From positions 42,559 through 106,558 of IMG/VR virus record IMGVR_UViG_3300037961_002813: a DNA stretch of 64,000 nt. One strand, written 5' to 3'. How positions within the stretch are numbered: position 1 is the stretch's first letter; every line of letters starts with the position of its first letter. Positions 27,311-36,722 of this stretch are shown one piece after another. Origin of the DNA: a virus. The position numbers were made by a program, and so were the translations under genes. The notes beneath the pieces are model-generated. The model saw only the letters and a program-made list of their open reading frames with translations. It made no database searches and was not told where the DNA came from.

Positions 27311-30222
27311 AACGGGGCAAAATAATTGTTAAACAAAGTCTAAGTGATGCATATAGGCAATACTTAGAGGATGTAACTATCCCAATGAATACTTATTTTG
27401 AAGCACCCGAAGAGTTTGTAACTACTAAACCATCTATTTATCATTCATTAAGATTGCAACCTGCTACTGATGCAAGAACAGGTCGAATAAGAAATTCACC
27501 CGCAATAGCAAGAGCATTAGCAAGTATAGACAATTTACAATTTCAAGATGATATAAAAAATTTCTCGTTACCATTAAACACTAATCAAGGACAACCGCTA
27601 TACGGTAGACATGTTTATCCCGGTGAGTTACATTCTTTAAGTCCTAATTTAACATCACATACATCAGTACCCGATTTACCAAGAACTTACATAAAAAGAT
27701 GGGGTGGTGGAGAAAAGTACAGACCGCTTAATTTGTATGGTTTTACAGGTGATGCCGCTACTCCGCAAAGATTTACTAATCAAACATTACAACCGGAAGG
27801 AATAATTTACGGTAATTTAGATACAAATGATGTAGTACAACTAAACACTAGACCTGCTTCTGCAATTAGATTAAGTCAAGTAGCAAGAGCATTGTCACCG
27901 TTTCATCCCGAAAGAGATGTAAAAGATTTAACTGAACGCTCGGAAGATTTAGCAAGAGATATTATGGATGCGGGTATTCCACCAATATTAGCAGAATCTA
28001 ATGTAGATACTAAAGGTGTAACTCAACATTTACCATTTAGATTAGATAATAAAATAGATGTAAAGGAAGCACATGACCCATTTGTTCAATATGATATGGG
28101 TAATTTAAATCGCCCGACCCCGGAAGGACTTGAACAGTTTACACTTGATTCTATTAGAGCAGGTGAACCAATGGACATCGCTATGCAGTTGTTGAAAGAA
28201 GAGATACCATATAGCAGTAGAGATTATCCACCACAAGAAATTTCTATATCTACAGGTAATCCGCTTGTAACACCTAAAGTTGCAGGTGAAACACCCGAAG
28301 TTTGTAACATGCCGGGATGTGATTCGGGTCTACCTCCTGTGATGTATAGAAGAATGGCTAATCCGATTAGAAGTATAGATAATCATGAATTTATGTGTGA
28401 GCAGTGCGCTTACAAACATGACTTACAATCATTACTTTTCGATAAAATGATTAAAGGTGAAATAACTCTAATGGAATACGCTATACGAAAAGCCACTTTA
28501 CCTACTTTACGAGAAGCAGGTTTAAGTTTTGAAGATTTAGATGCTTTAAGATTTATTCCTAATTATCGTAAAACAAGTTTTTATCAACCACAACTATTAA
28601 ACAAACCTGCTAACATAGATTATGAAATAAGAACTGCATCAAAAAAACCGGAATACAAAAGAATACCCGGATTACAAACAGAACTTGGACCACCACAAAA
28701 TAATATACATTCTTATTTTGTAAACCCTGCAACACGCTTAGGTGCTTTAGGGGGAGATGTGACATTCATGGCTAGACCTACATTATTAGGTATTAGAAAT
28801 AATAATAATAATTATGGAGTTGATTTTTGGAGGACTAAAAGACAAGGGGCAGGTAGTGAAGGTGGAGAAGGTTTAATTTACGGTGAACTACCAAAACAAA
28901 ATTTTGTAGAAATTCCAATAAATTATACTGCGGCTGATGCGATGAGGGCTAAATTAAATTTAGACCACTTTATGAATACTTTTCACATACCGGAAGAAGA
29001 AGCATTTGAAATGTTAGCCACTAGATTTCCCGAAGTGCATAATATAGCATCACAATTACCAAATGTAAATACTCAAGATACTTCATGGCAACAACCTGCA
29101 CAATACAGGGGTACTAATCCATTACTCTTAGATGAGATAGATACAAAAGTAGCAAGCGAGCCAATGGATATTGCTATGCAGTTGTTGAAACAAGAACCTT
29201 TACAATTGAGAAATAGTGCTGAACTTGCCGAATTAGCAAGACAAGGTGACACGGAAGCATACAATGAAATGATGGAAAGAACAGGTGATTATTACTTGGC
29301 TAATGAAATAACCGGAGAACCCGATATGGAGGCTAACTTAGAGGCTTACGGGGCTGAAACAGGTAAAAATCCATTTAAAACTCCCCCTATTGGGCGTACA
29401 AATCAAATTCAAATCCATCAACCTCCTGTGACTCCTATTCATGCTGATAAAAAATTACATAATTGGCAATACAAAAACGCAAGTGAGCCGATGGAGATTG
29501 CTATGCAGTTGCTAAAGCGTGAATTACATCCCGGTAGAGATATAGAGGGTTATCTAAAAGATGATGGACATTATGCCGGTGAAGAAGAACTTTACAATTT
29601 AAATGACCCCGAAGTACAAAATTTTGTAAATAGATTACATTTAGATAAACAACCACCCGTACATCTTATTCCCGAAACTTTAGGTATGGATTTAGAATAT
29701 GTTGAGCCGGAGTTAAGAGTTGAAAATAGAGATACTAAGTTATATCATCCTATTATGATGGATGAACATGAAAACTTAGATAAATTCCCCGATAGAAAAA
29801 TAGTTGAAAGAGAAGATGGTACAAAAGAAGAACTAGTTTCTACAAGCGACCCAACAAGTGATGTTGTTGGAGTTGGAAGAACAGGTCGTACTCTTGTATC
29901 TTCAAAACCTACATTTGAAGGTATACCATTTAGTGAAGAAACAGGCTTTACCCGTAGCGAACCGATGGAGATTGCTATGCAACTACTCAAAGAGCGTGTA
30001 AGCCCCGAAGCCAAGCGACACAAGTTAGAGTATGATAAGAAGTATGAATCTTCACCGGAGAGAGTAAAATACCGTGAAGAATTAAACCGTGAGCGTAGGC
30101 GTAGACACATTATGGGTAGGGGTGGACCGGATATGAGCCACACCAAAGACCATACCATTGTACCGGAAAGCCCTCATACTAATCGGGCAAGGCATTTTAA
30201 AGACAAAGGAACTCTTTTGTAA
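27307..30222 (+). CDS. Polyprotein-like protein with four EPM(D/E)IAMQLLK linkers
   Basis: Linkers at 28159, 29152, 29479, 29953 separate unrelated modules; last module basic and HNH-remnant-like (DMSH...TNRARH). Confidence 0.8.
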   Translation: MKRGKIIVKQSLSDAYRQYLEDVTIPMNTYFEAPEEFVTTKPSIYHSLRLQPATDARTGRIRNSPAIARALASIDNLQFQDDIKNFSLPLNTNQGQPLYGRHVYPGELHSLSPNLTSHTSVPDLPRTYIKRWGGGEKYRPLNLYGFTGDAATPQRFTNQTLQPEGIIYGNLDTNDVVQLNTRPASAIRLSQVARALSPFHPERDVKDLTERSEDLARDIMDAGIPPILAESNVDTKGVTQHLPFRLDNKIDVKEAHDPFVQYDMGNLNRPTPEGLEQFTLDSIRAGEPMDIAMQLLKEEIPYSSRDYPPQEISISTGNPLVTPKVAGETPEVCNMPGCDSGLPPVMYRRMANPIRSIDNHEFMCEQCAYKHDLQSLLFDKMIKGEITLMEYAIRKATLPTLREAGLSFEDLDALRFIPNYRKTSFYQPQLLNKPANIDYEIRTASKKPEYKRIPGLQTELGPPQNNIHSYFVNPATRLGALGGDVTFMARPTLLGIRNNNNNYGVDFWRTKRQGAGSEGGEGLIYGELPKQNFVEIPINYTAADAMRAKLNLDHFMNTFHIPEEEAFEMLATRFPEVHNIASQLPNVNTQDTSWQQPAQYRGTNPLLLDEIDTKVASEPMDIAMQLLKQEPLQLRNSAELAELARQGDTEAYNEMMERTGDYYLANEITGEPDMEANLEAYGAETGKNPFKTPPIGRTNQIQIHQPPVTPIHADKKLHNWQYKNASEPMEIAMQLLKRELHPGRDIEGYLKDDGHYAGEEELYNLNDPEVQNFVNRLHLDKQPPVHLIPETLGMDLEYVEPELRVENRDTKLYHPIMMDEHENLDKFPDRKIVEREDGTKEELVSTSDPTSDVVGVGRTGRTLVSSKPTFEGIPFSEETGFTRSEPMEIAMQLLKERVSPEAKRHKLEYDKKYESSPERVKYREELNRERRRRHIMGRGGPDMSHTKDHTIVPESPHTNRARHFKDKGTLL

Positions 30223-30362
30223 TAGTCAAATATTCACAATGTTCACTATGTTAGTCAATAAAATGACTATTCACTTTATTCACTACTCTCTAATAATAAT
30301 ATAATATATTTGTATAGTCAAAATAATGAACATGAATATGAACAAAGTGAATATATGAATAG
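30222..30362. repeat. Symmetric TRTTCA(C) repeat element around AT-rich core (origin-like element 2)
   Basis: TRTTCAC at 30231, 30240, 30268, 30277; AT core 30291-30325; inverted TGAAYA at 30327, 30333, 30339, 30348, 30356. Confidence 0.75.
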
Positions 30363-30392
30363 AAATCTTTATATTGGCTATAAAATTGACCA

Positions 30393-30947
30393 ATGGTGAG
30401 CAACATGCAAGGTACAGGACAAGACTCGGATGCAGAAATAAGATTGATGGGGTTGATTTTAGCCCAATCAGCGTTAGTAGGATTAGCAATAGGTGTGTTT
30501 GATGCAGACCTATGGTTGAAAAGTGAAACTCCTATGCTAAATGGATTCACATACGCTATGGCCGCTTTCTTTGTACAAGGTATTGCTTATTATTTCTTTA
30601 AGATGTTCTTTGAACAGAATATGCAAGAAAGAGTAAGAGCAACCGGTGTACAAAGGTCAAGAGATGCAAGATACAAACAAATGCAAATGAATTTTGATAA
30701 CAGGAGAGTTGAGATGGAAATGCGAATGCAAGAAGCCCAACTTGAGCGTGAATTGCGTTGGATGGAAGCAAATCCCGGTAAAATGCCTCCAAGTTGGGGT
30801 GTACCGGGTGGTTCACAATCTATAGTTTCACAATATGATTCCGGTCAATTTAATCCCGGTATACCAAGTCATGAAGTTGAAGTAGACCAACCGATTAACT
30901 TAGGTATCAAAGAAGAGGAAGGAAAAGAGGAAAAGAAGAAAAAGTGA
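30393..30947 (+). CDS. Membrane protein (2 TM plus coiled coil)
   Basis: LMGLILAQSALVGLAIGVF and GFTYAMAAFFVQGIAYYFF hydrophobic segments. Confidence 0.75.
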   Translation: MVSNMQGTGQDSDAEIRLMGLILAQSALVGLAIGVFDADLWLKSETPMLNGFTYAMAAFFVQGIAYYFFKMFFEQNMQERVRATGVQRSRDARYKQMQMNFDNRRVEMEMRMQEAQLERELRWMEANPGKMPPSWGVPGGSQSIVSQYDSGQFNPGIPSHEVEVDQPINLGIKEEEGKEEKKKK

Positions 30948-30956
30948 GGTGGTTAG

Positions 30957-31199
30957 TTGGGTCGTATCTTCAAAACCCCTACTGATGATTCTACAGAAGC
31001 AACACTACGGGCTATGCATACTCAAAATATGTTAGACACATATTATGAAAAAGGTGTTGGGTGGTTAAGAACTTTAATCTTTGTAATAATTGCAATCATG
31101 GCTACAAGTGCTTTTGAATTAAGAAGCGGTGATTCAATATGGGAAAATACTGTTGAATGGTTTTGGAATAAAGTAGAAAGTTGGGTAAGTGGTGATTAA
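30957..31199 (+). CDS. Small membrane protein
   Basis: WLRTLIFVIIAIMATSAF; GAGGTG SD. Confidence 0.7.
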   Translation: MGRIFKTPTDDSTEATLRAMHTQNMLDTYYEKGVGWLRTLIFVIIAIMATSAFELRSGDSIWENTVEWFWNKVESWVSGD

Positions 31200-31916
31200 A
31201 TGGTCGAACCTGCCGGTACTGCTTTAGTTGGTGTTGCGGTATGGGGGCAGAATCTATACAATTCTTGGAGACCAAGAAAAGTTGGAATATACGGTGCGGC
31301 TATGGTTGGTAAAACTACACTTGACCGCTATATGACTACACCGGGTGAAATGGAAGAAATACCCGATGAAGAAAGAACAAGTCACATGAGATTACTTGGA
31401 AAATATCTATTACCAAAACCTACTAGAAAGCGTATATCGTGGAAAGGAGATAGAAGAGTAGTATTTTCTGCTGACTTGGGTGGACAAGAAAGATTTTGGT
31501 CACTGTGGATAGACGATATGGTTGCTCGACAAGTAGAGGCTGTAGTATACATGTTTGATGAAAGAGCCTTCAAAGGCGGCGATGAAGCATTACAACAAAT
31601 AGCCGGATTCAAATATTTAGTAGACTGTATAATTAATAGACAGTATAGGTATCGTAATCTCAAAAGTAGATGGAAGGGTAAAAAATATGTGCCAAAACTA
31701 GTAATGTTGGTTGCTAATAAAGCAGATAGATTTTTCGATGAGTCTGCCGCTATGCTTTGGCAACAAAACAGAATAGGAGAGCATAAGGTGTTTGACCCAT
31801 TTAGAGATGATTTAGTTAGATTACAAAAAGCCGGAGTGCCTACTAGAAGGTCATTCATGGCTACAAGAATAGGGTGGAATGTAGAAACCACATTAATAGA
31901 TTTACTTTCTGCGTAG
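31200..31916 (+). CDS. Small Ras-superfamily (Arf/Sar-like) GTPase
   Basis: G1 GAAMVGKTT, G3 DLGGQ, G4 NKAD, G5-like FMAT. Confidence 0.85.
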   Translation: MVEPAGTALVGVAVWGQNLYNSWRPRKVGIYGAAMVGKTTLDRYMTTPGEMEEIPDEERTSHMRLLGKYLLPKPTRKRISWKGDRRVVFSADLGGQERFWSLWIDDMVARQVEAVVYMFDERAFKGGDEALQQIAGFKYLVDCIINRQYRYRNLKSRWKGKKYVPKLVMLVANKADRFFDESAAMLWQQNRIGEHKVFDPFRDDLVRLQKAGVPTRRSFMATRIGWNVETTLIDLLSA

Positions 31917-31921
31917 GTGAT

Positions 31922-32095
31922 ATGATGAATAAAAGAACAAAGATAATAGCAGTGAATAAAAACACAAAGTGTGTAAGAACAGTTATACCTAATGCGATGG
32001 CTGAACTAATTAATGTTAAGGCCGGTGATGAAATTTCATGGGTACTAAAAACCGATAAAAATAAATTTTATCTCGAAGTAACTAAGGTGGAATAA
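31922..32095 (+). CDS. AbrB/MazE-like DNA-binding protein
   Basis: RTVIPNAMAELINVKAGDEISW; GGTGA SD before ATG 31922. Confidence 0.75.
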   Translation: MMNKRTKIIAVNKNTKCVRTVIPNAMAELINVKAGDEISWVLKTDKNKFYLEVTKVE

Positions 32096-32096
32096 A

Positions 32097-33038
32097 ATGT
32101 ATAATAGTGGCAATCAACCAAATCTAGGACAAGTAAACCAAGCACAACTCTTGGCATTAAGTCAGCAAGGTAATAATTCATTAACACACAGGGCGTTAAT
32201 CGAACAAGCAACTGCACAAGCGGCTATGCAAGAAGCATCAAAGAAAACTGATTTACAAGTTCCTAAAGTAAACTTTTATCCAAGTCGTCATCCTAATCCT
32301 AACAAAGCAAGAAAGAAAGATATTAAACAGGCATATAAACTTCTTACACCTACTAAAAGAAGTATATTTAATCCGTTTAGGTTATTCTTTGGTAGAAAAT
32401 ACCGTTACAATAAGCAAAGTCATGTATGTGTAGTAGATGGTTGTGATTGTGCTAATTTAATTCAGTATGATAATTTATATGCTAAAATTTGCGATGAAGA
32501 TACAGGAGATTCTTTGTGGGATTTGTATTGGAAAAATCCCGTAACAGGAGAGCCGGAAGCGTTTGTTGCGCTTGAAAAAGTCACTAGTGGTCGTAAAATG
32601 CGTGGTACATATTGCCCCGAACACATGCATTTGTATCATTTACTTGTAAAATGGGAAGCAGAAGAAGATAAAATTAGTGAAGCGAATCCAAGAAGATTGA
32701 GAGATAGAGTCAAGAAAGGAGTATCTATTGTTACTGTTCCTATTACAGCAATAAAGAAAAATGACCCTACACCGGAAATGCTAAAGAAATATGAGCCGTT
32801 TTTTGCCGAATTAGAAAAAGATGCAAGAAAAACTAAAGGAATTAACATTCAGTATTATACTAATCCTATGACTAAACAAAACGATATTACAATTGTAAGT
32901 TTTGATTTAAGAATATTTCAGCATGAATTGGCTATGTTTAATCAACCTACACCTGCTTTTCAAGCGATGTTAAACCAACAAGTAGAAGAAGTAGTTAATC
33001 AAAACACTAATTTGATAGATACCCTTCCGACGGAGTGA
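32097..33038 (+). CDS. Hypothetical protein with Cys/His motifs
   Basis: CVVDGCDC, YCPEH; Q-rich N-terminus. Confidence 0.7.
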   Translation: MYNSGNQPNLGQVNQAQLLALSQQGNNSLTHRALIEQATAQAAMQEASKKTDLQVPKVNFYPSRHPNPNKARKKDIKQAYKLLTPTKRSIFNPFRLFFGRKYRYNKQSHVCVVDGCDCANLIQYDNLYAKICDEDTGDSLWDLYWKNPVTGEPEAFVALEKVTSGRKMRGTYCPEHMHLYHLLVKWEAEEDKISEANPRRLRDRVKKGVSIVTVPITAIKKNDPTPEMLKKYEPFFAELEKDARKTKGINIQYYTNPMTKQNDITIVSFDLRIFQHELAMFNQPTPAFQAMLNQQVEEVVNQNTNLIDTLPTE

Positions 33039-33658
33039 TAGAGATGTTTGGACTAAGTGGAAATAATCAAAATTCTAATACCTTAAACTTAGGTGTTCCA
33101 TCTCAACAACCTATACAAACAGCCAATCCGTGGGCGCAACAACAACAACCTAATCCGTTCATGGCAGGTTTATTTGGAGGACAACAACAAGCCAATCAAT
33201 TTATGCAACAACCAATGCAACCACCAAGTGAGATAGAAATTCAAATGGAGTTATTAAAACAACAAGCAACTATTGAAAGATTTGTTGCAAGTAGTCAAAT
33301 GGGAGTATTAATTGAAATGATGGGAAGTGTAGTTACTTTAAGTGTTTTAGAAATATTAAGAAATGCTACTTTTACACTCAACGAAGATGATGGCACTTTG
33401 CGTTTAGATACTACAACATTACCTGCTAATTTACAGACTATGAGTGCAGAAAATATAGCAAGTCAATTTACTAATTTACAAGCATCAGCACAACAAGTAG
33501 TCAATCAAAGTGAAATGACACAACAACAGTTAGCCGCATTAGCACAACAATCCATGATGGGTGGTGCTTTAGCGGCTTTACAAAGTGAAGGAGTTATGGA
33601 GAAAGTTGGAGGCGGAGTGGGAAGTTTCGCTCGTTCAATGCTAACAGGAGGAAGATAA
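33035..33658 (+). CDS. Gln-rich hypothetical protein
   Basis: ORF track; operonic overlap. Confidence 0.7.
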   Translation: MIEMFGLSGNNQNSNTLNLGVPSQQPIQTANPWAQQQQPNPFMAGLFGGQQQANQFMQQPMQPPSEIEIQMELLKQQATIERFVASSQMGVLIEMMGSVVTLSVLEILRNATFTLNEDDGTLRLDTTTLPANLQTMSAENIASQFTNLQASAQQVVNQSEMTQQQLAALAQQSMMGGALAALQSEGVMEKVGGGVGSFARSMLTGGR

Positions 33659-33659
33659 A

Positions 33660-33911
33660 ATGATGGATAAAGATTACTCAACATACATACCGCAATCGTT
33701 TGCCGCATCTACATTAGATGTACTGAATCCAAACAGAAGTGTGATAATAGATATGATAATGGTTCAAATTCTTTCTATGATTGTAGTTATGTCTATGATT
33801 TTAGTTTTCAAAGGTAGCACTATGCCTTCTTCTACAATATCATACTTTTTAGTTGGTTTGTTTGCTAGTTTCCTTATGCTTAGTGGAGTCTATAGCCGTA
33901 TCACTAGATGA
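33660..33911 (+). CDS. Small 2-TM membrane protein
   Basis: MIMVQILSMIVVMSMILVF and ISYFLVGLFASFLMLSGVY. Confidence 0.7.
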   Translation: MMDKDYSTYIPQSFAASTLDVLNPNRSVIIDMIMVQILSMIVVMSMILVFKGSTMPSSTISYFLVGLFASFLMLSGVYSRITR

Positions 33912-34148
33912 CGGCCATTTTCCTATAGGGCAACTTGAATTAAGTAAACTAATTTTAGTTTTAACAAAACACCCACACATATCACATCTTTTACCACCGA
34001 ATTGACAAGAGTTGCAGATTTGCTCTCTTAACATTCTTAATTCGGGTGGAGTTTTATTATTGAGTGCTACATCTTTAGCGGCTCTCGTTAGACTTTTGAG
34101 AGTCTGCATATTTAGGGGAACACCCGCAACTCTTTTTGCTCTCCACAT
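33849..34148 (-). CDS. Cys-rich protein (CxxC...RCxxCGCF...CPxGKW)
   Basis: ICNSCQ..KRCDMCGCFVKTK...CPIGKW; start revised to MWRAK. Confidence 0.65.
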   Translation of the reverse strand: MWRAKRVAGVPLNMQTLKSLTRAAKDVALNNKTPPELRMLREQICNSCQFGGKRCDMCGCFVKTKISLLNSSCPIGKWPSSSDTAIDSTKHKETSKQTN

Positions 34149-34209
34149 AGTACTTTCCAAGTTATTTTTCTCCATAAGCATTTTGTAAGGGATAGACATA
34201 AGCGTGTAC

Positions 34210-34890
34210 ATGCAGGAGGCGAATCGCATAGTGAAACGGTCCTGCAAACTTTGTACTAGTGACAGTAGAGATGAGATAGAAGAACAATTACTCAACGGTC
34301 ATATTAGTCCAAAAGAAGTAGATAAAATGATGGGTTGGCGAGCCAATACTACTGATAGACACTTTCGTAATCACATGGGAGAATATCACATGGCGGCTAA
34401 TCCATCTTGTCCTATTTGTGCAAGTCCTAAAAGAGCCGAATATGAAAAAGAATATTTTGAAGGAAATGCTGATACTCACGCAATAGCAGAAGAATTAGGA
34501 TGTGCTGAAAGAACAGTCTATAATCACATGAAACATCACTTCCAACCTTTAGTGCAGAAAACTGCGGCATACGAAGTAGCATTAGCGGCAGGTCAAGAAA
34601 TACAATTACTGCGTTCTAATGCAGAAAAACTAAACAGTAAACTAAGTGAATTACTAGATGAAGGTACAGTTCATGAAGATGGTTTTGTTCGTGATGCTGT
34701 TATTCTACACAAAGAAGTAAGAGAAACAGTAAAAGATTTACTTCGCTTCCAAGACCAATGGGGGGCTAAGACAGATAATCAACAAGTCAATCAAACTATC
34801 AATGTATTACAGATTGAACTTAGTAAAGAAAGCCCGGAAACTTGGACAAGAATTAGAAAGCAGTTGGCTGAAAATATGGGGGTAGAATAA
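34210..34890 (+). CDS. Tandem Zn-binding HTH protein, candidate terminase small subunit
   Basis: Two SCxxC...H(F/M)xxH repeats plus coiled coil; upstream of large terminase. Confidence 0.5.
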   Translation: MQEANRIVKRSCKLCTSDSRDEIEEQLLNGHISPKEVDKMMGWRANTTDRHFRNHMGEYHMAANPSCPICASPKRAEYEKEYFEGNADTHAIAEELGCAERTVYNHMKHHFQPLVQKTAAYEVALAAGQEIQLLRSNAEKLNSKLSELLDEGTVHEDGFVRDAVILHKEVRETVKDLLRFQDQWGAKTDNQQVNQTINVLQIELSKESPETWTRIRKQLAENMGVE

Positions 34891-36722
34891 TGCCAATGAT
34901 GGGTCGAGGTTCGGATACAAGAATGTACTCGCCAAGAAGCGAGTCGGCTCACATGTATGGTTCGGCTAACGAAGATGGCGATAAATACAGTCCTACTTCT
35001 CCCGAAGATGCTGATAAGCGTAGGGAAGAAAAACAAAGAAAAGATGAGGAAAGAAAATCAAGACTAAAAGATATTAAACATATCAAAATAAAACCATCAC
35101 AAGGATTAGGAAGTGGTCCTAAATTACCTACAGAAGAAGGATTAGATGATGGTAACAAGCGTGATGATGAGCGTGAAATATCTCTTCAAGGTGGACCGGC
35201 AGGTAGTCGTGGACATTTACTTGACTTAGCCACAGGTGCAAAAACAGGCACAGGTTCAGCGATGGGTACAGGTAACTCCGCAGTTAGAACAGGCGAGCCG
35301 ATGAAAGATGCTTGGTCTACATTATTGAAAGAAGATGATGAATATAATTTTTCGGTAAATGATGTAATAAACACGCCTAGAGATACATGGTATAGCCAAA
35401 TAATGGGAAGAGATACACCAATGGTTGATACTTTAGTAGATAGTGGAATAATGTTCGCTTTAGGATATGCTAATCACCATCATGGCGACCCCGAAACGAT
35501 AAGTGATTTTCATGAAGAAGGTGTTAGTGTAGACAAAGCACTTGAAAATCTTATGAATCATAGAAATTCTTTGATGGTTTTAGATGCTAAAATGCAAGGT
35601 AAAGAACATACAATTCCGCAACAGTTTCATGATTATCACAATGATTTTGGTATCACAAGGATGATGGAAGATTTAGGTGTACCACCGCATATACAAGCGG
35701 GGCAACATTTAGGATTATTATATTCTTATTTAAATTATCTTGGTTACAAAATCGGCCCTCAAATGGGTGAACCCGATGATGATTTTAACATGAAATATAC
35801 AAGCGAACCGATGGATAATGCTTGGAGTGAATTACTAAAGCGTGATACTCCAAAGAAAATACAGGCTCGCCGTCGCCGTGAAGCAAGACAGGAGTTTAGA
35901 CCATCTACCGGTCAATTCAAGAAACCTCCCGGCGGTCAATCCGGTGGTGCAGGTGCTACTATGCGTAGATTCAAAGCAAGAATGCGTGGTATCAAAGGTG
36001 GTAAAAGGACCGGTTTGATGAAGCCACATCTATCTGTGGAGATGAGCCACCGTGGTATTGCTACTAAGCAACCTATGAGTAAAGACCCACAAAAGTATCG
36101 TCAATATATGGGGCAACAAGAAGCACAAAAAATCCTCGGTGGAGTAAGAAATACATTTTCACCTCACGCTAGACACAGTGCTAGAAGTTTCGTAGCCGGT
36201 CCTACCGGTGGTGGTAGACTAACAGGTATGTTACCGGGTCAAGCGGGTCAAATGAGACAACCATCTTTAACTAGATTAGGTAGACCACGCAGACCTCGTA
36301 TGCCTCGTATGCCTCGTATGCCAAGACCACCAATGCCACCACAAATGCCTATGATGCCACCTGCACCTCCTGTACCTATCATGACAAGTGAAGATACTCC
36401 TTCGCAAATTATGATGAGTAGTGATAGAACTGAAAGTGAGATTCTAAAAGCAAATAGACATGCTAGAAAATTAGAGATGTTAGAATTAATGCGTAGATTA
36501 ATTGATTTACAAAAGAAAAGAAATAAATTAATGAAATATGTTCAAGGGGGAGGTTCTGCTTTTGAAAACGGTCATGTACCCACTCACCCTGCCGGTGTTC
36601 AACAACACGAAGATGAAGATGAGAAAAATGATGGACCAACACAGAATTTAGAAACTAATTCAAGTCGTTTAGGTCTTGACCCTGCGGGGCATCTATCCGG
36701 TAAGAGGGGGCATTTCGGTTGA
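34890..36722 (+). CDS. Multi-module low-complexity protein with two EPMxxAWSxLLK tags
   Basis: TGEPMKDAWSTLLK (35289) and TSEPMDNAWSELLK (35799); acidic module between, basic module after. Confidence 0.75.
   Translation: MPMMGRGSDTRMYSPRSESAHMYGSANEDGDKYSPTSPEDADKRREEKQRKDEERKSRLKDIKHIKIKPSQGLGSGPKLPTEEGLDDGNKRDDEREISLQGGPAGSRGHLLDLATGAKTGTGSAMGTGNSAVRTGEPMKDAWSTLLKEDDEYNFSVNDVINTPRDTWYSQIMGRDTPMVDTLVDSGIMFALGYANHHHGDPETISDFHEEGVSVDKALENLMNHRNSLMVLDAKMQGKEHTIPQQFHDYHNDFGITRMMEDLGVPPHIQAGQHLGLLYSYLNYLGYKIGPQMGEPDDDFNMKYTSEPMDNAWSELLKRDTPKKIQARRRREARQEFRPSTGQFKKPPGGQSGGAGATMRRFKARMRGIKGGKRTGLMKPHLSVEMSHRGIATKQPMSKDPQKYRQYMGQQEAQKILGGVRNTFSPHARHSARSFVAGPTGGGRLTGMLPGQAGQMRQPSLTRLGRPRRPRMPRMPRMPRPPMPPQMPMMPPAPPVPIMTSEDTPSQIMMSSDRTESEILKANRHARKLEMLELMRRLIDLQKKRNKLMKYVQGGGSAFENGHVPTHPAGVQQHEDEDEKNDGPTQNLETNSSRLGLDPAGHLSGKRGHFG

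Noticed and set aside
28159-29994. EPMDIAMQLLK copies as a DNA-level mobile repeat
   Set aside because: Copies differ mainly at synonymous positions, and related peptides occur with quite different DNA elsewhere, so conservation is at the protein level.
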